Below are positions 9,066 through 17,947 of a stretch of 64,000 bases of DNA, piece after piece. Made by a program: the position numbers and the translations under genes. The stretch covers positions 559,863-623,862 of the forward strand of contig CAZWBG010000001.1 in the NCBI GenBank assembly GCA_964632215.1. Reading direction: 5' to 3'. The notes under the pieces were generated by a model, which was not told where the DNA came from, ran no database searches, and saw only the letters and a list, made by a program, of their open reading frames with translations. Every line of letters starts with the position of its first letter. Position 1 is the first letter of the stretch. Origin of the DNA: an uncultured Candidatus Saccharibacteria bacterium (GTDB lineage Bacteria > Patescibacteriota > Saccharimonadia > Saccharimonadales > UBA7683).

Positions 9066-9935
9066 ATGGATCAAACAGTGTGGTGGGAAGTAATACAAAG
9101 CTGGTTAGCCAATCATGGCTGGACTATTTTAATTACGCTGATTGTGGCCTATGTTGTTCACCGCTTTGGTAAAATGTTCATCAGCCGAGCAATTCACCAC
9201 GGTATCGACTCCTCAAGCCGCTTTGAGACTAAACGTGACAGAGATTTACGAGCACAAACCTTGGTTGGACTCTTCTCTTCTATTTTGCGCATTGGCGTCT
9301 GGGTAGTCACAGCATTTATCATCTTTAGTGAACTTAATTTATTAATTTACTTAGCACCATTCATAGCAGGGGCCGGTGTGCTCAGCCTGTTGCTAAGTTT
9401 TGGTATTCAAACATTTGTGAAAGATTTTATTAGTGGTATTTTTATTGTTGCTGAAAACCAATACCGCGTAGGTGATGTCGTGACAGCAACTACACTTGTA
9501 GGTGGATCTGTTGAGGGTACTGTTACCCGTATTACTATGCGTACTACTGTTTTACGTGATAATGATGGTGCTATTCACTTTATTCCCAATGGAAACATTG
9601 CTCGGGCAGCCAACCAGACGCTCGATTATTCAAAGATTAATATTGAACTCAACCTCCCGCTCAGCATAGATTTTACCACTGCCGAACGTAGTATTAATCA
9701 GCTTGGGCGAGTTATGAGTCAAGAAGAGGCTTGGCAGCGCAGCATTATTCAGGCACCGTACTACCATGGTGTACAATCACTTGATGGCGAGCAAGTTATT
9801 ATTGAGATACGGGCCAAAACCACTCCGACAGATCAATGGAGAGTTTCAAGTGAGTTGCGACAGCGACTCGCTAAGTTACTCGACAAAGAAAGTTCATTTT
9901 CCAAAAAGACTGAAGCTAAGAAATCTAGCAAATAA
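9066..9935 (+). CDS. Small-conductance mechanosensitive channel (MscS family)
   Basis: Three TM segments followed by FVKDFISGIFIVAENQYRVGDVV...GTVTRITMRTTVLRDNDGAIHFIPNGNI. Confidence 0.8.
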   Translation: MDQTVWWEVIQSWLANHGWTILITLIVAYVVHRFGKMFISRAIHHGIDSSSRFETKRDRDLRAQTLVGLFSSILRIGVWVVTAFIIFSELNLLIYLAPFIAGAGVLSLLLSFGIQTFVKDFISGIFIVAENQYRVGDVVTATTLVGGSVEGTVTRITMRTTVLRDNDGAIHFIPNGNIARAANQTLDYSKINIELNLPLSIDFTTAERSINQLGRVMSQEEAWQRSIIQAPYYHGVQSLDGEQVIIEIRAKTTPTDQWRVSSELRQRLAKLLDKESSFSKKTEAKKSSK

Positions 9936-9971
9936 ACTGTACGCTAAGCGTAACAAGTCATCCTTTTCTTT

Positions 9972-10382
9972 CTAAAGTGAGGGTTGATCGCTCGGTACTA
10001 AATGAATATTCTGGTCACTTAAATCGCTTGGATCAAACTTATTGATGGCATCAAGAGCATTAATCTCTTTAGTCATAAATTCGATCTTCTGCTTCGTGGC
10101 AGGAGCATCTACGCGGGCGGTTGCATCACTTATGACAGCATCTTCAACTTTAAGATCTTGCTCACTCGCAGCATTACCTGGCCGAGCAATATCATATTTC
10201 CGATCAGTATCTTGCCAGTATACGTAGTAAGCTACGACCACAAGTATGCCAGCTACAAATATAAGCAAACACATAGAGGCAACGAAACTCAGTTTAATAT
10301 TTAACCGGTTGCGGAACACCACTTCTTTGGGTTTAGTTGATTCTAGAGCCTTAGGCTCATCATCAGTTGACTCTTTAGTCAT
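9972..10382 (-). CDS. Hypothetical membrane-anchored protein
   Basis: 136 aa with a single TM segment (CLLIFVAGILVVVAYYVYW). Its start abuts the stop of the upstream gene (10382/10383). Confidence 0.5.
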   Translation of the reverse strand: MTKESTDDEPKALESTKPKEVVFRNRLNIKLSFVASMCLLIFVAGILVVVAYYVYWQDTDRKYDIARPGNAASEQDLKVEDAVISDATARVDAPATKQKIEFMTKEINALDAINKFDPSDLSDQNIHLVPSDQPSL

Positions 10383-10925
10383 TTAGTTACTCCCGCTTTT
10401 ATCTGATGCCAATAACTGATCGTAAAGACTTTCAAGTTGTGTTTTAGTCGTACTGAAGTCTTTCTGCAGAGTTACAACGTCTTCGTTCACTTTTTGTCGC
10501 TTCATGCGAGCATCTGCCAGTCGATTCTGAAACTCAGTTATATTTTCTTTACAATTGCTGAGCTTAGTAACCTGGTCTCGAGCATTGTCGTAGGTTTCGT
10601 AGTTAGTTTTGAAGCTATCGGTCGACTGACGGATAGTATTTAGCTGAGCACGCAACTCACTCGTAAGAGGCTGCTGGTTATGTTCGAGTCGTTTTACAAA
10701 TGTATCAAGACGCTGATAGATGTACTGGTATGTCTGTAATCTGTCTACCCGTGTACGTAAATCGCGTGGTTGAATGTTAGATTTTATATAATACTGGGCT
10801 CGCTCACAGCGCTGGGCAGCAGCATCTTGATTAGCCTCAGTCGACTGGGCATGAACTACTACACCAATAGCAATAAGGCTCGTAGCAAAGAATATGGGTG
10901 TAATTAGGGCGAGGAAGCGTTTCAT
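10383..10925 (-). CDS. Hypothetical secreted coiled-coil protein
   Basis: 180 aa with a signal peptide (FLALITPIFFATSLIAIGVVVHA) and a helical Q/E/R-rich body. It overlaps the stop of the upstream gene by 4 nt. Confidence 0.5.
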   Translation of the reverse strand: MKRFLALITPIFFATSLIAIGVVVHAQSTEANQDAAAQRCERAQYYIKSNIQPRDLRTRVDRLQTYQYIYQRLDTFVKRLEHNQQPLTSELRAQLNTIRQSTDSFKTNYETYDNARDQVTKLSNCKENITEFQNRLADARMKRQKVNEDVVTLQKDFSTTKTQLESLYDQLLASDKSGSN

Positions 10926-11758
10926 TGTAGTTCTATTGTATCATTTTGAATCTGATAGGTCTGTTGTCTTTGGATAATAAGCTTCTCGGCTTGCAGTGCA
11001 GTAAGCACTTCTGGCAAGCGTTCATCAGCAAGTAATATCTCTAACACCCGATACTCTACTGGTTTATCTGCTTTAATAAGTGCTCTCAAAACAGCCCCTC
11101 GCAGCTGACGCCGTGATCCTTCAAAAGTACTCTGACGGGTATAATGTTTACTGCGCGTATTTGGATTTTTAACAGTGGTCTTAAGATAGCCACCATAGTC
11201 CATAAGAGCCCAGTACCATTCACGGGCATTCTTCGTATCTAGAGTTCGTTCAATGACTGGCATAAGCTGCTGGTCGGCAACTGTATGCTCTTGCTTAAAA
11301 TAATGATGCAAATAGACACTGCGTATGTTAGTTTCTATGAACACTAGCGGCTGATTATAACTATAGACACAAACAGCAGCTGCGGTATTAGGGCCAATGC
11401 CCTTTTGACTCACCAACTGAGTTATGTCCCAAGGTTGATCTATTTGACTAAGTGCTTGGGCAGCTTGGTGTAAATACTGAGCCCGACGATTATAGCCCAG
11501 GCCCTGCCAAGCTTGCAATACCTCCGACAAAGAGGCCATTGCCAAATCTTTCACCTGCGGAAACAGCTGCAAAAAAGCTTGATACTTCGGCACAACCCGA
11601 CTTACTTGCGTTTGTTGTAACATCATTTCTGATACCAGAATATGATACACGTTAAAAGATCTATCAGGCTGTGCATGACGCCAAGGCAAATCTCGGCCGT
11701 GCAGATCATAATATTCCCACACGGTCTTAATAAAAGTTGTATCTTCTTTCATTACCAC
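10922..11758 (-). CDS. HhH-GPD DNA glycosylase, MutY-like but without Fe-S cysteines or a NUDIX-like domain
   Basis: Contains LPWR, VSEMMLQQTQV (the MutY catalytic Glu context), GLGYNRRA and KGIGPNTAAAV (HhH). There is only one Cys in 278 aa. Confidence 0.7.
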   Translation of the reverse strand: MVMKEDTTFIKTVWEYYDLHGRDLPWRHAQPDRSFNVYHILVSEMMLQQTQVSRVVPKYQAFLQLFPQVKDLAMASLSEVLQAWQGLGYNRRAQYLHQAAQALSQIDQPWDITQLVSQKGIGPNTAAAVCVYSYNQPLVFIETNIRSVYLHHYFKQEHTVADQQLMPVIERTLDTKNAREWYWALMDYGGYLKTTVKNPNTRSKHYTRQSTFEGSRRQLRGAVLRALIKADKPVEYRVLEILLADERLPEVLTALQAEKLIIQRQQTYQIQNDTIELQ

Positions 11759-11783
11759 CTAGTATACCGTGCGTTGGCGTATA

Positions 11784-13511
11784 TTATATTCCCTCGGGCC
11801 GTAGCTGACCTACGTTAGAGACATCTACCACCTTACCCATCTTTCCAGTAGGCACATGTACGACATAATCTGCTGTTTCTTGGCTAGTAGCACTACGGAT
11901 AACAATCAGGTCATCACTCAACCAGCGAACTGGCGTGGTGAACCCACTAGATTTTACAACCACTCGTTCCTCAGGATTATTTACTGAGCGTACCAATAAT
12001 ACCCCTTGGCCATCTCGACGATCGGCCCAGGCTACGTTTTGGCCGTTGGGGCTCAGACTAAAACTAAAGCTTGCACCCGGGTTACGATTAACTGGTTTCG
12101 CCGTACCGCTATTCAGCTGTAGATCGTAGTAAGTGCCATCGTTTAAAGAAAGTTGCACATTGCCATAGTTGGTTCTAGATACTAAACTTACCTGCTTGTC
12201 TGGCAAGTAAGTACGTCGCGCGGAGTTTGCTAAATCTATACTAGTGAGGCTGGCGTTTTCAATCGGGCGATAAGCATCGGCTGGCATATAATAAAGCTTA
12301 TTTTGAGCAACTGCAATCGCTGGAAAGTAGTTTGCTTGAGTTAACTGGCTCACCTTACCACTCGTAGGATTTAACGAAATTACTTGCATAAAACCAGGGT
12401 CATCGTAGTTAGCCTCTGGCATACTTTTGCTGTATATCAGTGCGTCGTTTCCCCAGTCAATAAGCTGTACATTACTGCCTTCATCTACTTTGCGCAGTGA
12501 AGAATTTTCCAAATCAATCAGATAAATACCCGCTACAATTCTTTCATTTACTTTTTTACCCTCACGCGTAGCTACAAGTACCGCCTGTTTGTTCGTGCGG
12601 TTGATTGTAAACTGCAGTAACTGCTCATCTTCTTTTCCAGTCGCTTCAATAATTTTTTGTTGATTCGTACCATCTAAATTACTCGAGAAGATGTCCAGCT
12701 TGCCATCACGTTTGCTAATAAAATAATCTTTTTGAGCTGCAACTAAAGTGACTTCTCGAGATTCCACGCTCAGACCAGTATTCACTGTTTTTGTAAGATA
12801 ACCTGGTGCTGAAACCTCTAGCTCAACTCTGTTGGTATCGTTAGGAGGCACTACAATACTTGCCCGACCGTTTTTATCAGTTTGCGAAGCATTCTCACCC
12901 GACTTAACAGTTGCGCTGCTAATAACCTGGCCAGAAAGCCAATCTTTAACATCGAGATCTAGCTTAATACCTATCACCTTTAGGGTGAGTGCGGAATCTG
13001 AGGTCATACCTGCTTCGGCAGTAATAACCTCGTCAGCATGAGAGTAGCCTATTTTATCTGCTGTGATACTATGGCGACCTAGTTTTATGTTTTCAAAACG
13101 AGCTTTGCCTTCAGGATCAGTAACGCCATACAATTTACTATCTACTTTGAGGGTGACATTACTAAGTGGCTGCTGATTTGCCCCGTCTTGCACATGCACC
13201 ACCACCGTACTGCGAAAACCCATAAGATTTAAGATTGTCCAACGCGTAAATGGCACCACACCCAAAGTGATGAGGGCACCTACCAAAGCCACAGCAATAA
13301 TGAGTTGTTTTTTACGTTTAGCTTTTTTAAGCTCCTTTGGTGTGCGCTGGGTTTTAGCTACCTTACGAGCCTTCTTTTTAGCAAGCTCTTTTTGCTTGTC
13401 TACTGTTTCAAGTTCATCGTCAGAAATATCAACAGAAGCCAGCTCTTGGTCTTCTAACTCTAGTTCAGCTTTTCCCGTATCTTCAGGTTGTTCTTTTGTC
13501 GATCGAACCAT
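11784..13511 (-). CDS. Membrane-anchored protein with carboxypeptidase-regulatory-like domains and a TolB-like beta-propeller region
   Basis: 575 aa with a charged N-terminus, one TM segment, and segments of the form V.V.D...QPLSNVTLKVD...TDPEGKARFENIKLGRHSITADKIGY. The C-terminal half has repeated DG/short-strand patterns. Confidence 0.5.
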   Translation of the reverse strand: MVRSTKEQPEDTGKAELELEDQELASVDISDDELETVDKQKELAKKKARKVAKTQRTPKELKKAKRKKQLIIAVALVGALITLGVVPFTRWTILNLMGFRSTVVVHVQDGANQQPLSNVTLKVDSKLYGVTDPEGKARFENIKLGRHSITADKIGYSHADEVITAEAGMTSDSALTLKVIGIKLDLDVKDWLSGQVISSATVKSGENASQTDKNGRASIVVPPNDTNRVELEVSAPGYLTKTVNTGLSVESREVTLVAAQKDYFISKRDGKLDIFSSNLDGTNQQKIIEATGKEDEQLLQFTINRTNKQAVLVATREGKKVNERIVAGIYLIDLENSSLRKVDEGSNVQLIDWGNDALIYSKSMPEANYDDPGFMQVISLNPTSGKVSQLTQANYFPAIAVAQNKLYYMPADAYRPIENASLTSIDLANSARRTYLPDKQVSLVSRTNYGNVQLSLNDGTYYDLQLNSGTAKPVNRNPGASFSFSLSPNGQNVAWADRRDGQGVLLVRSVNNPEERVVVKSSGFTTPVRWLSDDLIVIRSATSQETADYVVHVPTGKMGKVVDVSNVGQLRPEGI

Positions 13512-13566
13512 ATTCCCTCACCCGGTTGATCAGATTGATATTTCTTGCTCTATCATAGCATGAGCA

Positions 13567-15249
13567 TTAATAATGCACGACTACCTTAGTACCCATTGGA
13601 GCCCAGTCGTAAAGCCATTTTGCATCAGCATTTGTCATGTTCACGCAGCCATGGCTTGCAGGTGCACCAAACTTTTCACGCCACCAAGCACCATGCAAGG
13701 CGTAGTCTTGATAGAAGTAGCTAACCCACTCCACATTTGGAATATTGTAGTAACTTCCATCTGCCTTGGAGCCACCCTTCATGGTCTGCGAACGAACCTT
13801 CAGCCAGATTGCATACTCACCAACTGGTGTTTCATACCCGCGCATACCCGTTGCAACCAAGAATTTATTAACTGGTGTGGCCTTCTCGTAAGCGGTGGTT
13901 GTTTGAGCGCTAAGGTCAACTTCAATCCATTTGTCGTACCCGTTCATATTGACTGTTTTATGGGGTGCAGTCTTGATGCTCATAGTAAGGGTTATATCTT
14001 TTTCAGCTGCCAAAGCTTTGGTAATTGCATCAGTCAGCACCTGTTTATCTGCAAGTTCCGTGCCGTCTCGACCCTCTTGCAGAACCAACTCAGTTCCAGT
14101 TGATTCGTCTTTAATAACCTTACGATCGACAGGAGAACTAGAGATCTTCTTACCAATACTCTCAACATAACTTTGGACCTTACCCGGAGCAACTACCAGC
14201 GTTATACTACCGTCGTCTTTCGGTGTTGGTGTCACCCAGCTCGCAATTTCTTTTACAGAAGGAGAGTAGCTCATGCCGTTACCGCTTAGTACAATTTTCC
14301 GGTCAAGCAAAGTATCGGCCGGCTGAAGTAACGGCTGTAACTTATCTTGCGTTACAACTGGTGGTTTCGTAACAACTGCGAGGGTAATAGCGCTGCTTGC
14401 AAGATTCTGGCTCGCCAGCTCTATCTGCTGCGTAAGCTGAGGTACATCTGGAACCTGGCCATCAGCTTGGGCGGTAATACTAAAGGCATTCGAAGCAGGA
14501 TCAAACTGTAACTGAGCATCTTGAGCTGGTTTGGTCAGTTCGGTCGTATTAGCCTCTATGTATTGAGTTAGTTGTGTGTCGTTCACCGTAACTGCTGCTG
14601 GAACGCTGCGCTTCTTCCAAAAAGACAAGCGTGTCACAATACTTTGGTCTCGTTTGGCATCAAGGGCCTGATGGACTGTCTGATCTACATCAATCTGCAC
14701 ACCAAGATCAGCCAGGGTTGGTTCTAGCGTTTTATCACCAGCTTGAATAGTAATTTTCATGTTCTCCTGTGCGGCGTTGAGCTGAGATTTCAACTGCTCG
14801 GCAGTTTTGCCAGCGGCAGGTTGGCCAGCTACTGTTACATTTGGCAGTACCTTGTGATTGTAGTAGCGATTCGTACCAAAACCGAGGCCCGCTAGAAGTA
14901 CAATACCTACTACTACCCCTAGCACGCCAATTTTAAGCCATAGACGTGGCTTCTTTGTTTTTAATGGTGCAGCAGCGGTGGCCTTGCCTTTTTGTCGCTG
15001 CTTAGGTGTTTTAATGGACCCTTCGATGCTCGCGTGTTCCACTGGCTCTTCAGATGCATCCAAAGTATCTTGGTCATCTGCGGCGACCTCTGTGCTCTCA
15101 GCCGATACCACTTCTTCATCTATCACCCCTTCTGACTGAGGAGTCTCTTGCTCTTTAGTAGGCTCAGAGGAAGCGTCAACGTCTTCCTTAAAAGTCGGTG
15201 ACTCAGTATTCTCAGTTTCTTTTTTGGCTTTAGAATCTTTTTTTTCCAT
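13567..15249 (-). CDS. L,D-transpeptidase (YkuD domain) with a long N-terminal membrane-anchored extension
   Basis: C-terminal YALHGAWWREKFGAPASHGCVNMTNADAKWLYDW carries the YkuD catalytic His/Cys motif. There is a single TM segment after an acidic N-terminus. Confidence 0.85.
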   Translation of the reverse strand: MEKKDSKAKKETENTESPTFKEDVDASSEPTKEQETPQSEGVIDEEVVSAESTEVAADDQDTLDASEEPVEHASIEGSIKTPKQRQKGKATAAAPLKTKKPRLWLKIGVLGVVVGIVLLAGLGFGTNRYYNHKVLPNVTVAGQPAAGKTAEQLKSQLNAAQENMKITIQAGDKTLEPTLADLGVQIDVDQTVHQALDAKRDQSIVTRLSFWKKRSVPAAVTVNDTQLTQYIEANTTELTKPAQDAQLQFDPASNAFSITAQADGQVPDVPQLTQQIELASQNLASSAITLAVVTKPPVVTQDKLQPLLQPADTLLDRKIVLSGNGMSYSPSVKEIASWVTPTPKDDGSITLVVAPGKVQSYVESIGKKISSSPVDRKVIKDESTGTELVLQEGRDGTELADKQVLTDAITKALAAEKDITLTMSIKTAPHKTVNMNGYDKWIEVDLSAQTTTAYEKATPVNKFLVATGMRGYETPVGEYAIWLKVRSQTMKGGSKADGSYYNIPNVEWVSYFYQDYALHGAWWREKFGAPASHGCVNMTNADAKWLYDWAPMGTKVVVHY

Positions 15250-15328
15250 GCGAGAACTCTCTTTTTCTCCCCTACAACCTCTTATGGACTTTATTATAAC
15301 GTATGTGCAATATAAAAGCTTGTGCTAA

Positions 15329-16756
15329 TTACAGAGATTGCTTTTTGAGATATTTCTGCCACTCAATGAGTCGATCTGTCTGTGACTTGTTGGGGTGCGC
15401 CATTGGCCTACACTGCTTAATATGTGTCAGTGCTTCGTCAACGCTCAATCCCTGGCTCACGAGATATGCGGCGGCCATAGTAGGGCCACGACCTTCCCCC
15501 TGACGACAATGAACATACACGCCTCCACCCTGGCTGATCTGCTGGTTAATAAAGCTCGTGCCTTCTTCAAGCGAATCAAGTGTCGGTGCCCGCCAGTCTG
15601 GAGTCTTCAGTTGCAACACCTCAACCCCCTCGAGCCTAGTAATATTCTTGCTACTTCTCATATTGACTACACCCGTAACACCCCACTGATTAAAGCGATC
15701 GGCTGCACTCTTCTTGTAGGTTCCACCGAGGTATAAGTGTGGAGCCACTTGACTGTATTTGGAGCTCGGTCTTCCAGAAAGTAAGTTCCTTAAACGCTCC
15801 TTCATGGCAATAAACTGTAGTTTTGTCAGAAGGTATGACTTATATGAGAAAGATGTGTGATTCTTCGTTATTGCTGGAACAATAACTCTGGTCTCAAACT
15901 GCCCACCAATAATGCGAGTGGGTAGAGACATATTTACGTCCCTATCATCCTTAAGAGTGTCGTCGGAAGCTTCATGAATTATTACCTCGCGACCACGATA
16001 TGTTTTTATGAGACCGCCAATATCTATACCTAAAATGCCCCTACCTAGAAACCAGATAACGAACTTAATAGGTGAAATGCTTTTTATTACTGCAACTTGC
16101 AAGACGCCAGAACGATGTGGTCGAGCGAACAGTCTCATTCCAAGGAAATTTTGGATTGCTCGGTTAGCTATGATCACCGTGTATCCCTTGGTTCGAATAT
16201 GCCTACCATTTATCTCAAATTTGTATTGATACCTCGTAGCCTGGGGTAAACTTTTGAGCATAGTAAGTCCATAAGCGAGTGCTCCGAACTTTTTCTTTAA
16301 CTTCGGAGGTGTAGCAAGCGTAGTCTGCGCCCACCAGCCATTGTAAATATCAAATGCAAGCTTACTGTCTTTGTTAAGTGATGCGATATCGTATAGTTGC
16401 GTACGATGATCACCCTTGATATACATTTGAAGGATCTTCTTAATATCACCAACCAAGCCAAGGTCTGTTGCGATCAAGTTTCCGGTTCCTCCAGGTAGGA
16501 TCAACAGCTTAACTTTAGTGTCTGCCAAAGTTTTTATAGCAGAGACAATCGACCCGTCACCCCCATAAACAGCAATGGTTTTAAATAATGAGGTGTTCTT
16601 CTGTATCAACTCCTGTGCCTGACTCGGATCTTTTACCTTCTTGCAGACATAACTTAACTTGCTCTTATCAAGAACCGTCTTCACTACAGGCTCCACATCT
16701 TTTTGTGAACCTGAGCTAGAGATAATGATGACAAGTATATCTTTGAGAGTAGACAT
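15329..16756 (-). CDS. Fusion of a diacylglycerol/lipid kinase catalytic domain with a dual-specificity (PTP-like) phosphatase domain
   Basis: N-terminal VYGGDGSIVSAI and LPGGTGNLIA match the DAGK_cat family. C-terminal VHCRQGEGRGPTMAAAYL carries the HCx5R P-loop. Confidence 0.75.
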   Translation of the reverse strand: MSTLKDILVIIISSSGSQKDVEPVVKTVLDKSKLSYVCKKVKDPSQAQELIQKNTSLFKTIAVYGGDGSIVSAIKTLADTKVKLLILPGGTGNLIATDLGLVGDIKKILQMYIKGDHRTQLYDIASLNKDSKLAFDIYNGWWAQTTLATPPKLKKKFGALAYGLTMLKSLPQATRYQYKFEINGRHIRTKGYTVIIANRAIQNFLGMRLFARPHRSGVLQVAVIKSISPIKFVIWFLGRGILGIDIGGLIKTYRGREVIIHEASDDTLKDDRDVNMSLPTRIIGGQFETRVIVPAITKNHTSFSYKSYLLTKLQFIAMKERLRNLLSGRPSSKYSQVAPHLYLGGTYKKSAADRFNQWGVTGVVNMRSSKNITRLEGVEVLQLKTPDWRAPTLDSLEEGTSFINQQISQGGGVYVHCRQGEGRGPTMAAAYLVSQGLSVDEALTHIKQCRPMAHPNKSQTDRLIEWQKYLKKQSL

Positions 16757-16789
16757 TACTCCTAGTGTAGCAATTCAGAAAATTATATT

Positions 16790-17038
16790 CTATTTTATAT
16801 CGTTTGAATACTGAGCTGCGATCCAGTGCATTACCACTAACGCCGACACATACTGTGGAAAAATAAAGTAAATCTGCCCTGCAATTGTTCGCCCACCTTT
16901 AAACGAAAGGTACAGTGTTGCTAGCAAAAACAAGATGAACGGCACATATAGTAGCCATCCTTGCCAACTGCAAGGCAAATAACTTCCCCGCATCTTCACA
17001 AACCAGATGTTTTTATTCTTCTTTTTATTCCAGAACAT
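16790..17038 (-). CDS. Small hypothetical membrane protein
   Basis: 82 aa with two predicted TM segments. Confidence 0.4.
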   Translation of the reverse strand: MFWNKKKNKNIWFVKMRGSYLPCSWQGWLLYVPFILFLLATLYLSFKGGRTIAGQIYFIFPQYVSALVVMHWIAAQYSNDIK

Positions 17039-17047
17039 TTTTGCTCC

Positions 17048-17944
17048 TTATTTATTTTCTAGTAATAACTTTAACACCGCCAGATTCTGCATAGGAGTTC
17101 CTGTTGAGCGATACACGGTATATCCCTTATTTGCATCAATAGACTTATTGCCTTGCAGAAGGTCAGTTAGGTATATCATCTCTTCCATTTCGAGTAATCC
17201 TGATTCTATAGCTCTAGACACCTCTTTAGCACCACCTATTGTAGTTTCCCAATCACAAATTATATTAGCTTTTTTTGAATCAAAGTACTCATCCGCCAAC
17301 TCGCCATGCTCAGTAGATGAGATAAATGATGTAATCAGTGCACCTTTTTTAATCTTGTCGAGGTGTTCGACACCTAAAATCGGCTCCTTGGTATTCGTGT
17401 GACAGATGATTACATCGAAATCCCCGATACTATCTAAAGTTGTTGACGAAACATTTACCCCAAGAGCCTTACCGCTCTCCTGTATCTCACCTACATCACC
17501 GCTACGGTTTATACAACTTACGTCCCCAACATCACTGAAGGCAGCCTTTATAAAAACCAGTGACTCTTTTGCAATTTTCCCCGAACCAAGAATAAGCAAC
17601 TTCTTATCTACAAGATTTGTCTTTCCAAGTGCACGAAGTAGCACGGGGGTCATTGCTGCAGTACGTTTACTCGTGTATTTATCGAAATCAACTTCTAATA
17701 GCATTTCACCATCCTCAAAAACTGCCGCCCTATGCGGCGCTTTGCCAGAGATGACGTCAAAAGGGCTGTAGGTATAGTAAAAAACAGGAGCTTCATCACC
17801 TTTGGGCTCAACAGCTAGTTGACTAAAGAAGTCCCCCAAAAACCTATTATTTACAGTAAATTCAGGAACATGTTTATCGAATAAATAATCGCCCTGACTC
17901 CTAAAAATCTCCTCCAGTTTTTTAATAAGTCCCGTTTCTTCCAT
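17048..17944 (-). CDS. Ornithine cyclodeaminase / mu-crystallin family protein
   Basis: KRTAAMTPVLLRAL, the Rossmann motif LLILGSGKIAKE, DVIICHTNTKEPIL and a C-terminal YRSTGTPMQNLAV match the family pattern as I recall it. Confidence 0.55.
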   Translation of the reverse strand: MEETGLIKKLEEIFRSQGDYLFDKHVPEFTVNNRFLGDFFSQLAVEPKGDEAPVFYYTYSPFDVISGKAPHRAAVFEDGEMLLEVDFDKYTSKRTAAMTPVLLRALGKTNLVDKKLLILGSGKIAKESLVFIKAAFSDVGDVSCINRSGDVGEIQESGKALGVNVSSTTLDSIGDFDVIICHTNTKEPILGVEHLDKIKKGALITSFISSTEHGELADEYFDSKKANIICDWETTIGGAKEVSRAIESGLLEMEEMIYLTDLLQGNKSIDANKGYTVYRSTGTPMQNLAVLKLLLENK

Positions 17945-17947
17945 GAG

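Noticed and set aside
13573-14170. 176-aa and 79-aa plus-strand ORFs
   Set aside because: They are antisense to the L,D-transpeptidase gene, which has an unambiguous YkuD catalytic motif. Their Cys/His-rich low-complexity translation is typical of shadow frames.
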